Source: Neovahlkampfia damariscottae (lineage: Eukaryota). From it: a DNA stretch of 64,000 nucleotides. The notes below the pieces were generated by a model. That model had not been told where the DNA came from. It saw only the letters and a program-made list of their open reading frames with translations, and did not search any database. Both the position numbers and the translations under genes were made by a program. Position 1 is the first letter of the stretch; every line of letters starts with the position of its first letter. The DNA is taken from contig JABLTG010000103.1 in NCBI GenBank assembly GCA_016618085.1, positions 1 to 64,000 of the forward strand, written 5' to 3'. This document shows positions 10,668-23,681 of this stretch, in pieces.

Positions 10668-12066
10668 ATGTATATTTTCATCATTTTTACTTTTTCAATT
10701 TTGATTTCAGTTCAAATATATCTGTACTCTTACGAAGAGAGTTTAATTTTTCATCATGGAAGTTTGTTCATTGATAAAAAACCAGTCATCGTTACAGAAG
10801 CTACAGAAAATGATATAAATGATTTAAATAAATTAATAACAAGTGTGTATTCTCTGGATCCTTCCAGAAGACTACAAATCTATGTACAAAAAGAAAAAAA
10901 TGAATGGTGGAAAATATACGAGAATTTGGTGAATGTTGAAGTTATTGATTTAAAAACAATTAAAACAGAAGATAAAAAAGATTTCAAGATTTTCATTTTT
11001 TCAATTTTATTGAAGGCTTTAGAAGAAAATGAATACGCAATGTAACAAAAACAATTTTATCAACATTTTTAGTTTTATTCATCCCAAATTCAAAATTATG
11101 GAATCTTTGAATAATTTAGATGCTCTTTTATATCAAAATGGTCATTTCCTTTTGACAGATTTCCACCAACCAAATGAATGTTTTTTAGGTGTTCAAGGTT
11201 ATGCAAGAAATTCTTTGGCTTTTCAATATTTAAAATCAAGCAATGATGATCAATTGAAAAATCCAAGTGCAAAAAAGTTTTCAAGTTATCTGGTTTCTGT
11301 TGGAAACACTAATTCCAAAAATGGAAGATATTTGGAAAATTTGAATAGTTTGAGATGTAATTCAGCATCCATTATGTTCTTTCCGATGAATAATAAGTAT
11401 GAATTGATTTCAAGAACAAAACTGAAGAAAATTAAAAAACAGAAAAAAAAAATTGGAATTATTCGTTCAAGAGTTGCAATTCTTTTTGGAACTGTTCGTG
11501 ATCGTTTTCAAGCTAGAAAGACTGTTGATCATTTGATTCAAAGTATTGTTTCATTCAAAGGACAAATCTCATTTTTCGCTTATTTTTCATCACAAAAGAA
11601 ATCAGAAATCGTTGCACAAACTCTGAAAAATAACGTGATTCCAATTAAGTCTATCATGTATTCAGCTTCTTTTGTGTATCAAATCAATATGCAAGCTGAA
11701 AAGGCTATGGAAGATGGATGTGAATATTTTTGTGTTTTGTTCAAAATGGATCAAAAATTGAAGGTTGAATGGAAAGAAAAATTGAAGGAAAAAGACGGTT
11801 TTGGAGTTTATTTATCTGATGATTTTATTTGTGTTTCAAATACTCATTATGAAATTTTTGGCACCATTTTTCCGAATTCATTCAAATTTTTCTTTTTCGA
11901 TTCTTTGAAGTTTTATTTGAAAGAAATCTATAAATCATTTAATGGGGTTTCTGGAATCTTCAACGAAAATCGAAGAATGTTTCCATTAGCTGAAATCTTA
12001 TTGGAGAAAGAAATCAAACAAGGACTGGAAAAAATTAAAAATTACAAAAAGAATCATTTGGTGTAA
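10668..12066 (+). CDS. Type II membrane protein, putative glycosyltransferase-like (DUF1647/GT-A-like)
   Basis: N-terminal TM segment; a short intron near 11042-11072 joins the two ORFs (YAI/FIHPK); VIVTEAT...LITSV motif. Alternative start at 10596. Confidence 0.55.
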
Positions 12067-12171
12067 TCTATATAAATGAATCATACTTGAAAAGAGGATC
12101 CAAACAAAAATTGCCATTTTCAGGATGAGACCAATCATTTCTTCACAAAAGTATTCAATAGTAATGTTAAT

Positions 12172-13364
12172 TTATTTAAAGCTCATAATTTCAATTCCTT
12201 CATATTTGATATCACCCAAATCATACCAATCTAAATCATAAATGAAGAAAAGATAAATTTACCTGATTTCATATTTCCATCTAAATCAATAACTCCAATT
12301 TTACTCCTTATAATTTTCTCTGGTTTTGATACTTCTTTAGTTTTCAAAACGACGTAATGATGATTGGTTTTCGGAATTTTTTTAAAAGAAGAAAATCCAT
12401 AATCCTTCTCCAAAGGACCAAATCGCGAAACGTTTGTAACTCTTTCCCAAGAATTCATTTGTATTAATAAATTGGATCCTTGAGTTTCATCAGAAATTTC
12501 GTCGTAAGGAATTGTTTCACTCGCTTTTCTTGGAGCGAATAGCCATCTTTTTATATCATTATCCCATATTACTGCTTCATGTTGTAAATATCCTGGGAAT
12601 GTTGTATTTGATTCTTTTCTGACTTTTTCATAAACAGAAGTCCAATTTTTAGTTGAAATCTTTCCATGCTTGTCTATAATTTTAATTAAGTTTGGAATGT
12701 AATGTTTTGTAACTCCGTCAACTACCCATTCTTTTCCGATTGATCCAATATATAACTCCTGACCATATCTAATTTTTAATTGTTTTTTTTTTTTTTTTAC
12801 TTTGTTGCCCATTCCATTTTAAATGCATCTGGTTTATTCTCATCACTGATCTTGTTTTTTTTAAACATTTTTTTTTTTTTACGACTAAATGTTTTGGTAG
12901 AGCTTCTCCTGAAGTTGCATTGATTTTATAAATAATACCGCTTGAATCACAAAAACTTAATAATTCATTTTGAAATAAAATAAGTTCACTTAATTCCTAA
13001 TAAAAATTAAAAAAAAATGATTTAATGAAATACCATTCCTCTGAGCTTTCTTGAATAATGAGATTGAATTTGAATGGAGTTTGTTATTTTGATTGTGTAT
13101 TTGTCAGTTGTTTTGTTGAAAAAAAGAGTTCCATTCTATTTTTTTTTTAATTATTTTTTTGTTTTTTTTTACTTTTAAAATGGATTGCCATGATGGTTCA
13201 GATTTTATTCGACTTTGTTGATCCATATCTGAAATTATTGTAAAGTTGAAAACAGTTCGAATATAAACTTCAGTTGGTACATGAGTGTAATAAATCCATC
13301 CATATGCAATCAGAGAAATTACAAAAGTCACAATGAAACCCGCTTTAAAACCATCTGAAGCCAT
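12172..13364 (-). CDS. CANT1: Calcium-activated apyrase/nucleotidase (CANT1/SHAPY family)
   Basis: N-terminal TM, IISDMD, RGMELSEL, LYIGSIGKEW, PGYLQHEA, FAPRKAS, GFSSFK, terminal KYEGIEI; several tiny introns. Confidence 0.9.
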
Positions 13365-13525
13365 GTGAGAATAACCAATAAAAAACTACCAATTCTCAAA
13401 AAAAGAAACAATTTTCTGTTGTGGGGAAATAAATATTAAAAAAACGAAAAAACTAATCCAAAAATAACTACAATCTTATTGGTTCCATCTTACCAATCAA
13501 AACCATTTTTTTTGCAAAGAGAGAA

Positions 13526-14881
13526 ATGAGCGAACTTGACAAAGCAATACTTCACCTTGGAAAACCTAAATTATTTACAGACATCCCAAGATTCTCTCTT
13601 GATTTTGAAACTGTTTTTAATGATTCATTTTCTGCAGATTTCAAAATAATTTGTGATTATGAAACTTACTATGCTCATCGTCTTATTCTGAAATCAAGAT
13701 GGTAAAAAAAAAAACAAATTTTAAAAAAAATAGTCAATTCTTCAAAGATTTATTAAACCAAAAACCTGATTTAGATCAATATGAACTTGTAGGTGATAAA
13801 TTTCATCCTCCAGCTGTAAAAGAAGTTTTAAGATACATGTACACAGGACATCCAATTCTCAATGATGATAACTGGAAAAAAGTACTTCCAATTGCAAATG
13901 AATTTGAATTATCAAAACTTTCAGATTTATGTTTTGCTCAAAAAAGTATTGAAAAAAAAAAAAAAAATTAATATTTTTTTAAAGTGAAAAAAGTCAATAT
14001 AGAAAGTGTCTTATCTTTAATTCTTGTTGCAAGGTCAGGTACAGAACCATATTATGATGATAGTTTTGTTGAAGCTTGTATTCAACTTTTAGCAAAAAAA
14101 CCAAATGAAGTTTTTGATACAAGAGAATTCACACGTTTAGATGCTCAAACAATTATTTTTATTTTAAAAAATGATAATTTAGAAATTGAAGAAATTGAAT
14201 TATTCAATCATGTTTGAATTAAATTCTGTGTTAAATTTTTTTTAGATTTGTAGATGGGGAAGAGCACAATGTTCATCAGGTCAAGATTTAAAAGAAATTC
14301 TTACAGAAGATATAATGCAACATATTCGCTATCCGTTAATGACAAGTGACGAACTTTATCACAATGTAAAATCAACAGGATTAATTCCACCAAAACAATG
14401 GGTAGATGCCTTAGAGTACTTAGTCACTGGTGATGAACTTCCACCTAGATATGCTCCAAGAGGAGGTAATTCAGCAAGTTCTGGTAGAAAAGCTTTTAAA
14501 GCAGGTTATATTATTACTTTGATGAATGCAAGTACAGGAAAATATTTATCAGCAAATAATGATCGTTCAACATTTTCAGGAGTTACAATTTGTGGTCCTG
14601 CTGAACAATTCACAGTTGAAGAAGGTCAATCTGGTAAATTTGGTTTAAAAACAAATTTGGGTACTTATTTATCAGCAAATGATGATAAATATACAATTTC
14701 ACAATACGACAGTTTTCTTGAATGGGAAATCTTTGATGTAGTTGCAACAGAAGGAGGTAAAGTTGCATTTCAAACACCACATGCTTCTTATGTTACTATT
14801 GATAATACTGGTTTAGTTCAACAAAACTCAAGTTATGAAAAACAAGGACAATTCAATGTCAAAATAATCAAAAAACAATAA
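13526..14881 (+). CDS. BTB-BACK protein with C-terminal fascin-like beta-trefoil
   Basis: Introns 13702-13733, 13946-13984 and 14212-14245 give one frame. AHRLILKSRC..F, LRYMYTG, HIRYPLM; repeats of GKYLSA/GTYLSA and E.F.V. Confidence 0.85.
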
Positions 14882-15077
14882 GACTCCTGGCAATTCGTCG
14901 CATTATGATAATAAACTTTAGTTTTGAATTTTGCCACAATAAATTTTGGGAACAGCAGAATTGGAAAGTGATATTGAAAATGTGAGTTGAAAATTAGAAA
15001 TTGCATCAAAAAATACATGTTTTGAGCTTGACTACTTTTTGAATTTTTTTATTATTGATTTCATTGGTCCCAAAAAA

Positions 15078-15503
15078 ATGGTTGATTTAACAGATCTCAT
15101 TGAAGTAAAAAATTTAAATGTAGTAAAAAGTTATGTTGAACACTGTAGATATGAATTGGATTGTAAATAATTTCAAGATAAAGTGAATATCAGAGTACTC
15201 GATTTGGTCAAAAAGAAATGTTCTTGTTTACCATTTGCTTAACCAGTGCACAAGAATAAATGATGTTCACATACAACATTGAGAAAATAATTGATTAAAA
15301 GTGCAAACATTTACGATTTAGGTTCACAACAAGTTGCTCCTATCAATAATGAACCAAGTGATTCATTTGTAAAAGAATTGAACCATCCTCAAATAATTCG
15401 CTATCAATTTTATAATGGTGAAACAATTACTCAAAGATTTACTGTTGACTGTGATTTATTAGATAATTATAAAAAACAAAAAATCAGTGTAACTATGACA
15501 TAA
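15078..15503 (+). CDS. Possible small gene or pseudogene; splicing unresolved
   Basis: ATTGG 15 nt before ATG 15078 and a downstream 70-aa ORF, but no clean spliced frame found. Confidence 0.25.
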
Positions 15504-15694
15504 GAAGATATCATTGTAACGCTCCAGTAGTTTTAATTTAAGAACTAAATCAATCCTTGCGAAGCTTCAAAGTCTTTTGGGATATTATTTCATCATCAAA
15601 AGAATTTAAACGAACAAGAAAAATATATACTTATTTTGAGTTGATGGATAAAAAATTATGGTTAGAGTTTTTGTTTTAAAAAATTTATGTTCAA

Positions 15695-16212
15695 TTACAT
15701 AGCCTTTGTTGAATATTCCCAAGTCACAGCACAATGAGGACATTTTTTGTTTTGAGCGCCTGGCATACGTAACCAATTTGAAATACAATGTTCATGATAG
15801 AGATGATTGCACTTTCCAGAAGATACTGAACATTTTTCATCAGTGTTTTTTGACACATGACTAGATGATGAACATTGTACACAAAGTGATTGAAGTGGTT
15901 CTTTACAAATTGCACAATGAGTATTTGTACCCTGACGAAGATAAAATTAATTAATTATTTTTTTTTTACTTTATATTCCCAAAGACAAGCTGATTGCCAT
16001 GAAGTAATTGTAAAATGTTTTTTTCCTGTTGGAAGTGTCCATTTATCAACTAATTCTTTATCTTTTTGTTCTTGTTTGTCTTTTTGTGCTTGTTTTGTTT
16101 TTTTAGCTTTTAATTTTGCTTTTAAAATTTTTAACCTTTTTTTTTCGTTGTCAGCTAAAGTTGATAAATCACCTGATTCATCAAGTTTAAGTAATTCTTC
16201 GTCTGTTTTCAT
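15695..16212 (-). CDS. RING-H2 protein of the Rbx/Apc11 family with Lys-rich N-terminal extension
   Basis: Intron 15969-15932. WQSACLWEYK/GTNTHCAICKEPLQSLCVQC...CSVSSGKCNHLYHEHCISNWL...CPHCAVTW. Confidence 0.85.
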
Positions 16213-16271
16213 GTTTTTTTTTTATTGGTTCTTAGAATGAGTAAACCAATCAAAAACAGTTTATAAATAAT

Positions 16272-17713
16272 TTATTCCAAAACATTTAAAAACACACGAT
16301 AAACATTCTCTCCCATGATTTTTTCAATGTCCTTTATCGAAAAATTCTGCTTTAATAGTTCATTGGTTATCAAATTCAATTGTGAAGTATCGAATCTCGT
16401 TTTGACTAAAAACAATCATTGGTTAATAATTTTATGAGTTTTTACCAGCTCCATCGAAATCAGATCCTAAAGAGACATGATCAATACCAACCAATTTTGA
16501 AACATAAGAAATCGCTTTGACAATATCTTTTGGTTCAAAATTGCCACAAACTGCATTCTTGAAAAATGCAACACCTATCACTCCCTTGCTTTTTGCAATC
16601 GCTTTTATTTGTTCATCATCAAGATTTCTAACACCTGGACATGTTCCTTGAACTCCTGCATGTGAAACAATTATAGGAGTGTCTTTTATAAGTTCCAAAA
16701 TATCAAAAAATGCTTTTCTTGAAACATGTGCGAGATCAATAATCATATTTAATTCTTTCACTCTTTTAACTACCATTCTACCAAATTCTGTCAATCCATG
16801 CTTTTCAGTTCCATGAGCTGAGCCACATACCAGATTATCCACAAAATGAGCAAAACCAAACATTCTTTCAAAAAAAAATGAAAAGAGAATAAGTAGCTAC
16901 CTAACTCCTGATGTATATAATTTGTCAACATTTTCTATTTTTCCATCTAAAACATGAGCACCTTCAATTGAAAATAAACTTCCCGTGAAATCTATTTTTT
17001 TGTTTTCTTTTAGAAACTGTTCTCTTTTTTTTCTATTTTCTATTAATTGATTTTTTGATGTAATGAACTCTAATTTTCCATTTGATTCTTCTACACTCTT
17101 TTTTAAATAATTGGACATGTGAATTGCACGTTCAGTTTTAGAGAAAAAAGCAGCATACGGATATCTTTGAGATACAGCAAGTCCTAAAAATACATCTGTT
17201 CTATTTGAATTTTTTTCGAAATTTAATTCAACAGGAACTTTTGTTATTTAAAAAATTAATAATTTTTTCAAACCTTGAGTTACACTTGAAAAAACTTGAA
17301 GAGCAACATTTCCTTCGACCATTCGGTAGAAATCAACATGTGCTTTGGATAGTTTTCTCATTAAAGTTCCACGACTCGTCCACCTTTTAAAAAATTAAAT
17401 ATAATTTTTTTAACATTAATGAATCTGAGTGAAGATCTGCAATGAATGGTAATTGTAAATGTACTTTTTTTGAATGTTCTGTTATTTTTGAATGATATGG
17501 TTCAATTTTGTTCAATAATTTATCAGTCATTGGTGGTAATATCATGAAGAATAAACCGACAGCAAGCGTTGAGGTAATGATGAACGAAAGAATTGAGAGG
17601 AATGATTTTCTTTGGCAAAACAAGATATCTTTCAGCAATAGAAGAAATTGTGCTGTTAAAACTAAAGCAAATCCAAGCAAAAAGACAGGAACTAATTGCA
17701 CAGTGATGTCCAT
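16272..17713 (-). CDS. Membrane-anchored dipeptidase (peptidase M19, renal dipeptidase family)
   Basis: Two N-terminal TMs, ADLHSD, SIEGAH, GLTEFGR, IIDLAH, VSHAG, RNLDD, DHVSLGSDFDG; about 4 introns. Confidence 0.9.
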
Positions 17714-17884
17714 TTTGTTGATCTAAATTTTCCGGAACGTTGTCCAATGAAACATGCTTTATTTTTGTTGGATAAAATTGAGAAACGTTTTCAATAATTC
17801 TTAAGATTTTTACATTTATTTTCATCCTCCAGAAAAAAAGGTACAAAATGATTGGAGAATTTGGGCGAATCAGAAAACGAAAAA

Positions 17885-19413
17885 ATGTCCAATCTGTTTG
17901 ATTACTCAGACGATTATTCATCTGATTCTGATGAAGGAATGGGATTATTTGACACACCAAAATCTGTTGTAGAAGAAAAAAAACAAACCTTCGAAAAAAA
18001 AGAAGTTGAAAAAAAAGATTTTACTTTAAAAGTCAACAATACTGCAAAACTGGCAGAACATTTATCAAAATATTTCAACTCAGGAAAATATTCAGATGTA
18101 TCATTTGAAATTGATTCAAAAAAAATCATGGCTCACAAATTCATCCTTGCAACAAGAAGGTAAAAAAAAAAAAAAAAAAAAAATTAAATAACAAAAGTAA
18201 AACATTTTCAGATATGTTTTCTGATGGTAAATCAAGTTATACTATCCCAAAAATTTCATATCAAACTTTTCATGACTCACTTCAATTTGCTTATACGGGT
18301 CAAATAGAAATTGACCAAAACAACGTTGATGATATTATTGTATGCTCTGATAGATATGGTATTACAGCACTTAAAGTTTTCTGTTTTGAATACAGAATCA
18401 AGTCAGTTGACAAAGATACTGTTATACCAACAATTATGAAAGGAAAACGCAAAGAGTTTGAATATGATGCTTCTGAATTGATTGATTTATGCTTTAAATA
18501 TCTTGAAAAAAACACACATGAAGTTGTCAAATCCAAAACATTTTCACAATTAGATGAAGATGGTGTAATTACTTTATGTAAAAGTGGAGAACTTGTTATT
18601 GGAGAAGTTGATTTATTTGATGGTGTTTTAAAATGGGGTAATGTTGCTGCTAAAACTGACAATTCAACTTTGGACAATGTTCTCAAAAATATTCTTCCTT
18701 TGATTCGTTTTCCAATGATGGATGCTGATTACCTTGAAAAGACAGTTAAACCATTAAACTTGATTTCAAAAGATGATTTAAAAGAAGCTATTCATTTTCA
18801 AAAACATCCTGAAAACTACACAAAATCTAAAAGTGAAAAATTCAAACCAAGAGGCTCATTATTCATTGGTGGAACTTTAATTTCTCCAGCTGATGGATTA
18901 AAACTTGATTCTTATTTAGATAAAGGTAGAAAAGGAAAGATTTGGAAATGTATTTACAAAGCTACAAAAGATGGATTTTCGTCCCAAAATTTCCATAAGC
19001 ATTGTGATAAGAAAGGTGCTTCCATTACAGTCGTGAAATCAACCAATGGAAACATTTTTGGAGGATTTTGTCCTCTTGAATGGAACTCAAGTGGAAATTA
19101 TCAATACAACAAAGATTCATGGATGTTTTCATTGATCAACTCAAAAAAGAAATTTTTACAATTTCCTCAAATGAACAACAACGGAAATTATAGTATCTAT
19201 TGTTATTCAAGTTATGGACCAACTTTTGGTGGAGGTCATGATTTATATATTGTTTCAAATTCAAATTCAACAACTGGTTCTTATTCTAATTTTGGATATA
19301 ACTTTGATACAAAAAATATTGGAATGGCTTATGGATCATCACAAGTTCAATCATTTTTAGCTGGTTCTTATAATTTTCAAACATCTGAAATTGAAGTGTA
19401 TTCACAAAATTAA
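17885..19413 (+). CDS. BTB-BACK-TLDc protein
   Basis: Intron 18160-18197. SDVSF..AHKFILATRS..F, IRFPMM, IYKATKDGFS..FH..CD, FGGF, YGPTFGGGHDL, EIEVY. Confidence 0.92.
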
Positions 19414-19540
19414 AAATTATTTAAATCTCATCAAAAAAATTCATCTTCTCTTTAAACACTGACTTTGAAATTGTTTCTTTGATGAAATAAAACTCCAATT
19501 CTCCAACCAATCAAATCCCAAACAAAAAAAAACGTTTGAA

Positions 19541-20336
19541 ATGTTTACTTGGGTTTACACCAAAGTTTTTGGTAAAGAAGAAAACTCAACAGAAAAGAAC
19601 CTTCAACAAATTAACGATACAGCAGAATTATTGAGAAAACAAGAAGAAAGATTGACAAAAAAACTAGAAACAGAAGAAGAGTTGTTAAAATTATATTTGA
19701 AAAAAGGTATCCTCATCAATACTAAAAAAAAATACATTTTTAGGAAATAAAATACAAGCCAAAAATTGTTTGTTGAAGAAAAAACAATACGAACAAGAAA
19801 TTCAAAAACTTGCTGGAAAAATTTCAAACGTTGAAACAGCTTCTCTAAAAGTTGAAAGAGGTGTGCTTGATATGGAAACTTTAAAAGTTCAACAGATTGC
19901 TTCAAGTACCATCAAGGACATTTACAAAAAAACGTAAATCAAATTTTTTTTTAACTTTAAACTTAGCGAAATTGGAATAGTGGAAGAAAATTTGGAAAAT
20001 ATTAAAGAAACTTTGAATCAATCTGATGAGATCTCAAAAGCTCTTTCTGAATCCATTACTGGAGATGTAGTTAATGAAACAGAATTGGAAGAAGAACTTC
20101 TAGCTTTGGAAAACGAAATTTCATGTGTTACAACAGTCCCAGATTCTAAAATACAGAAAGAAATCAAACAAGTTGTCCCAGAGGATATCGCACTTTCTGA
20201 ATTGGAAAAGGAACTGAATGGAGAGATCTCTGTTGAAACAAATTCAAAAAGTAGAAAAAGAACAGTTCCAGATGATTTTGAGAATTCAAAGTCTCAGAAA
20301 AAAAAAATATTACCAAATGAATGTATGACTGAATAA
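19541..20336 (+). CDS. ESCRT-III Snf7/Vps32 (CHMP4)-like protein
   Basis: Coiled coil LRKQEERL..K, ..LLKKKQYEQ.., EISKALS, ELEEELLALE; two introns near 19707-19743 and 19934-19966. Confidence 0.8.
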
Positions 20337-20466
20337 ATTGTATTTTAAAAACTTCATCCAATCATTGACGTCAGAGAACTATGGTCTATGACAAACATTA
20401 TTAGTTTTATATTCATATATATAACTTCTTAATTAATCTATTGCTTTGTATGGTCTTATTCTTCTG

Positions 20467-21525
20467 TCATCTAAATTTGATTTTAATATTGAATGGTTCA
20501 ATTGACAAGATGTTTGAATTTCTTAAATCTTTGGGTATTTCATATTTCCACATTTGAATATTTCTTTTTGAGAATTGTAATATCAACTCATTATTTGAAG
20601 TAACCATATGAGGTAGTTTATAGCTATAAGAATCAATGTGATCTTCAATCCCAAAGGAGAAAACAATTTCACAAAAATCTATTGAAAAGCAGTAGATATA
20701 ATCCATTTCGCAATTCAGAACGAAAACATGATCGAAGTTTGATGTTGGAATGATTTCAATATGCGTGTTAAAATCAAATTTTTTTTTGAAAATTTGACAA
20801 AGTGAATGATCATTGATGTGTTGAAAAAAAAATAATTCATTCTCAAAATTGATGGATAATATATACTTTCCATCTTTTGAAATCTTCACATCTGTCATTT
20901 CATCCAAAAAATCAGTGTCCAAAAAAGATTCATCAAAGAGGGAAAATATTCTCCACTTCGTTTCCATTTTTTTAGTTCTACCATGACTTATGACATAATT
21001 GTCGGTAAAATTAGCTATTATATCAGTGTTGATATCACCAAAAATGTTAATTTTCCAATCTTCAACTATGAAATTTTCCAAATTGAACAAATAGGTGTCA
21101 CCATAATACGTGACAAAATAAATCTGATTTTGACGTGCAAAAATATAAAAAGGATGTTCTTTTAATTTAAAACGAATTGAAAGGATGGGTTTTTCTTGTT
21201 GGATATCATATAAACAAACTTCATTTGTCCTATTAGTAACCAAATAATTTTCATCCGATGTTAAAATTGAATTTGTTGTTTCTTCTGTTTTTAGAATTCT
21301 GACATCCATATTTTGAAGAGAAAATATCACAGGACTAAAATAATCTATACTTGTGCCAATTATCATTTTTTCACAAGTTGACAAGCAAATTGAGTGAAAG
21401 TCCAAATTATAATCATTCAATTTTTGGATTCCTACAATTCTCTTGACGAATATATCATGTTTTTTTAAGTGCTGAGTGTTTGGATCAGGAAGGAGGTTGA
21501 AGTATTTCAACACAAACTTTAACAT
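20467..21525 (-). CDS. Divergent WD40/beta-propeller-like protein
   Basis: Long intronless ORF with beta-rich repeats (LTSDENYLVT, ISKDGKYILS). Start uncertain (21525 or 21561). Confidence 0.6.
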   Translation of the reverse strand: MLKFVLKYFNLLPDPNTQHLKKHDIFVKRIVGIQKLNDYNLDFHSICLSTCEKMIIGTSIDYFSPVIFSLQNMDVRILKTEETTNSILTSDENYLVTNRTNEVCLYDIQQEKPILSIRFKLKEHPFYIFARQNQIYFVTYYGDTYLFNLENFIVEDWKINIFGDINTDIIANFTDNYVISHGRTKKMETKWRIFSLFDESFLDTDFLDEMTDVKISKDGKYILSINFENELFFFQHINDHSLCQIFKKKFDFNTHIEIIPTSNFDHVFVLNCEMDYIYCFSIDFCEIVFSFGIEDHIDSYSYKLPHMVTSNNELILQFSKRNIQMWKYEIPKDLRNSNILSIEPFNIKIKFR

Positions 21526-21559
21526 AAAGTGCACCAGTTTGATTGGACAATATTCGAAC
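21526..21559. promoter_or_regulatory. Putative minimal bidirectional promoter with CCAAT box
   Basis: Single GATTGG at 21541-21546 between divergent ATGs at 21525 and 21560. Confidence 0.45.
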
Positions 21560-22204
21560 ATGAAGTTGTTATTCTTGACAACGTTTATGCTGATGTATAT
21601 TTTATCAAAGAGTCAATTTGCGTTGGAAAAAAGATTTTATACATCTTTAAATTGTCATCCAAATTCTGCGTACAGAGGATGGGCCGTAAAAAAAAAAAAA
21701 TTAACCTTCGGTTTTCAGAGAGATTTGGAAATTTGCACTAAAGGAAGTAATGATTATCATTTAACAACACAAAATTCATCCTTTATTAACGTCAGATTAA
21801 ATTGTAAACCTGGATGTCATCCTTCAGAGTGCAAAACCTCAATTTCCAAAAAAAAAGATTGTTCGAAATCTAATATTGTTGGATACAATTCAGTTGAAGT
21901 TTCATCAGGTTTACCACCAAAATTAAAAGAAACAGGGTTTTTTGCAGAATTATATGAAAATTCTGATTGCAGTGGTCAAAGGCAATTTACAGCGTTCTAT
22001 TCAGAAGCATTTTGCCATGAAAGAGGAGAAAAAAAATCAACTATGCGATTCTATAACAACAAGAAAAATCGTGCTGAGATTTTTGAATATTCAGATTCCA
22101 ATAACTGCACTGGTCAACCGAGCAATGTATTATTGTTGCCATTTGGAGTTTGTTCAAAGTATTTAGGAGAATATCATGGAATTGTTACTAAAATCAGGGA
22201 ATAA
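21560..22204 (+). CDS. Secreted cysteine-rich protein
   Basis: Signal peptide MKLLFLTTFMLMYILS; in-frame 33-nt intron 21686-21718; about 10 Cys in Y.NSDC.G-type repeats. Confidence 0.7.
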   Translation: MKLLFLTTFMLMYILSKSQFALEKRFYTSLNCHPNSAYRGWAVKKKKLTFGFQRDLEICTKGSNDYHLTTQNSSFINVRLNCKPGCHPSECKTSISKKKDCSKSNIVGYNSVEVSSGLPPKLKETGFFAELYENSDCSGQRQFTAFYSEAFCHERGEKKSTMRFYNNKKNRAEIFEYSDSNNCTGQPSNVLLLPFGVCSKYLGEYHGIVTKIRE

Positions 22205-22464
22205 AAATCATGTTTGTCGTTTGGTGGATATTTGAACTTTACAATTCAATCTAAATTTAGCTTTTTACTACCAATAAAAATGAAACAGTTTTATTCATCG
22301 TTTGACAATGATGAAGCCAAAACTTGATGAAATACTTTCATTTGATAAACAAAAATCTCTTAATTCAATCAACACCATTGACAAATCGAAGCCAAATCTC
22401 TACAGTTCGTTTTTCTTGAATTTCACAATTAGCCCACAAAACTTTTTTAGAAAAAAAAATTAAA

Positions 22465-23601
22465 ATGAATGAAAACATCAGTATTATTGACGATGAAATT
22501 GAAGGAGCAAAGGTTAGAATTGCTATTCCTAGAATTTGGAACAAAGGATTGTTGATACATTGCCACGGTCATCGAAGAGAAGGAATTCCTCTAATGGCTG
22601 ATTTAAACATAGAAGAAGAAAGTTTTTCAAAGTTTCTAAATGAAGGTTGGATAGTTTCTATGACATCTTATAGAAGAGAAGGAGTAATTGTCAAAGATGC
22701 TTGTTTTGATGTAAATAACCTGCGTCAGTATGTTTCCACAAAATTTGGTGAACCAGAAGTCACATTGTTAGAAGGAAGATCGATGGGAGGGTGTATTGCT
22801 ACAGTTTGGTTTTTTTTTCGGTTTTAAATTTCTCAGCATCTGGCCGAACGATTTCCTTTTTTATATCAAGGAGCTGTTGCCATTGGAGCTGCTTTGGGAA
22901 CAAATGACAAGAAAGACTATTATTCATTTCAATATAATCCTCAATTTCCAATCATTTTTTTGACAAATCTAAGTGAAACAGGAGCAATTGAGAACTATAT
23001 TGAAAAATGTGATAAACAAAATGAAGACCATATAGTACTTCCAGCTTTATGGACCATATCAAGAGAAGGACATAATTTGGTGACAGAAGATGAGAGATAT
23101 AATGCCATTAATCATTTGGCCTATTGGATTAAGTTCCAGACATTTATTACTTGTAGATTTATTGATCAAACTATTCACAAAAGTAATCCAAAAAAACAAA
23201 CTAATTTTCATCAAGATCATCCAGATTCATCCATAAAATTTGAAGAAGGAAACAAATCCGGAACTGGAAAAGTCAAAGGAATAACTATTCAACGATCAAT
23301 CATTATTGATTTTCAAGAATCAGATATGAAGAAATTAGGTTGGTTCCAAGGGAAATGGTTCGAATTGAATGGGAAAATAAAAAAAGAAAAAGTATATTAT
23401 GGTAGTTATCCATTTGCTGGTGTTCCTTTTGATTCACTTATTTCATATCATGAGCCAAACAATGGATACTTGATAGTTTGTCGCTTCACCTATAAATACA
23501 ATGATTTTGCAAAGGAATTTAATTTTGAAATTGGTGATGATGTTAAAATTTCTGAACGAAATTATTCTATTTCAACGAAATTGAAGAAACAAATTTATTA
23601 A
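22465..23601 (+). CDS. Alpha/beta-hydrolase with C-terminal SAM-hydroxide-adenosyltransferase-like (DUF62 C-terminal) barrel
   Basis: Intron 22804-22836. HCHGHR, nucleophile elbow GRSMGG, REGH; C-terminus G.V....SI...F.....G.L.V......FA..F....GD.VKI. Confidence 0.7.
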
Positions 23602-23681
23602 TTAAAACTCCGATGATTTTTTTTTTCCATCCAACCAGATCACAGTAACAGTTGAGGTGGAGTACAAACAAACAAAAGTGA

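Noticed and set aside
10553..10684. Signal-peptide-like N-terminus on the GCF protein; overlap of divergent genes
   Set aside because: The family is nuclear. The extension is probably an open upstream stretch, with the real start at 10552 beside an ATTGG box.
13699..13984. Poly-Lys peptides (VKKKK) and apparent frameshifts or stop-codon reassignment
   Set aside because: Explained by poly(A)-rich GT-AG micro-introns. Spliced frames are clean and TAA, TAG and TGA behave as stops.
13526..19413. BTB, Rbx-like and BTB genes as a functional cullin-ligase cluster
   Set aside because: BTB genes appear abundant, strands are mixed and an unrelated dipeptidase intervenes; chance is sufficient.
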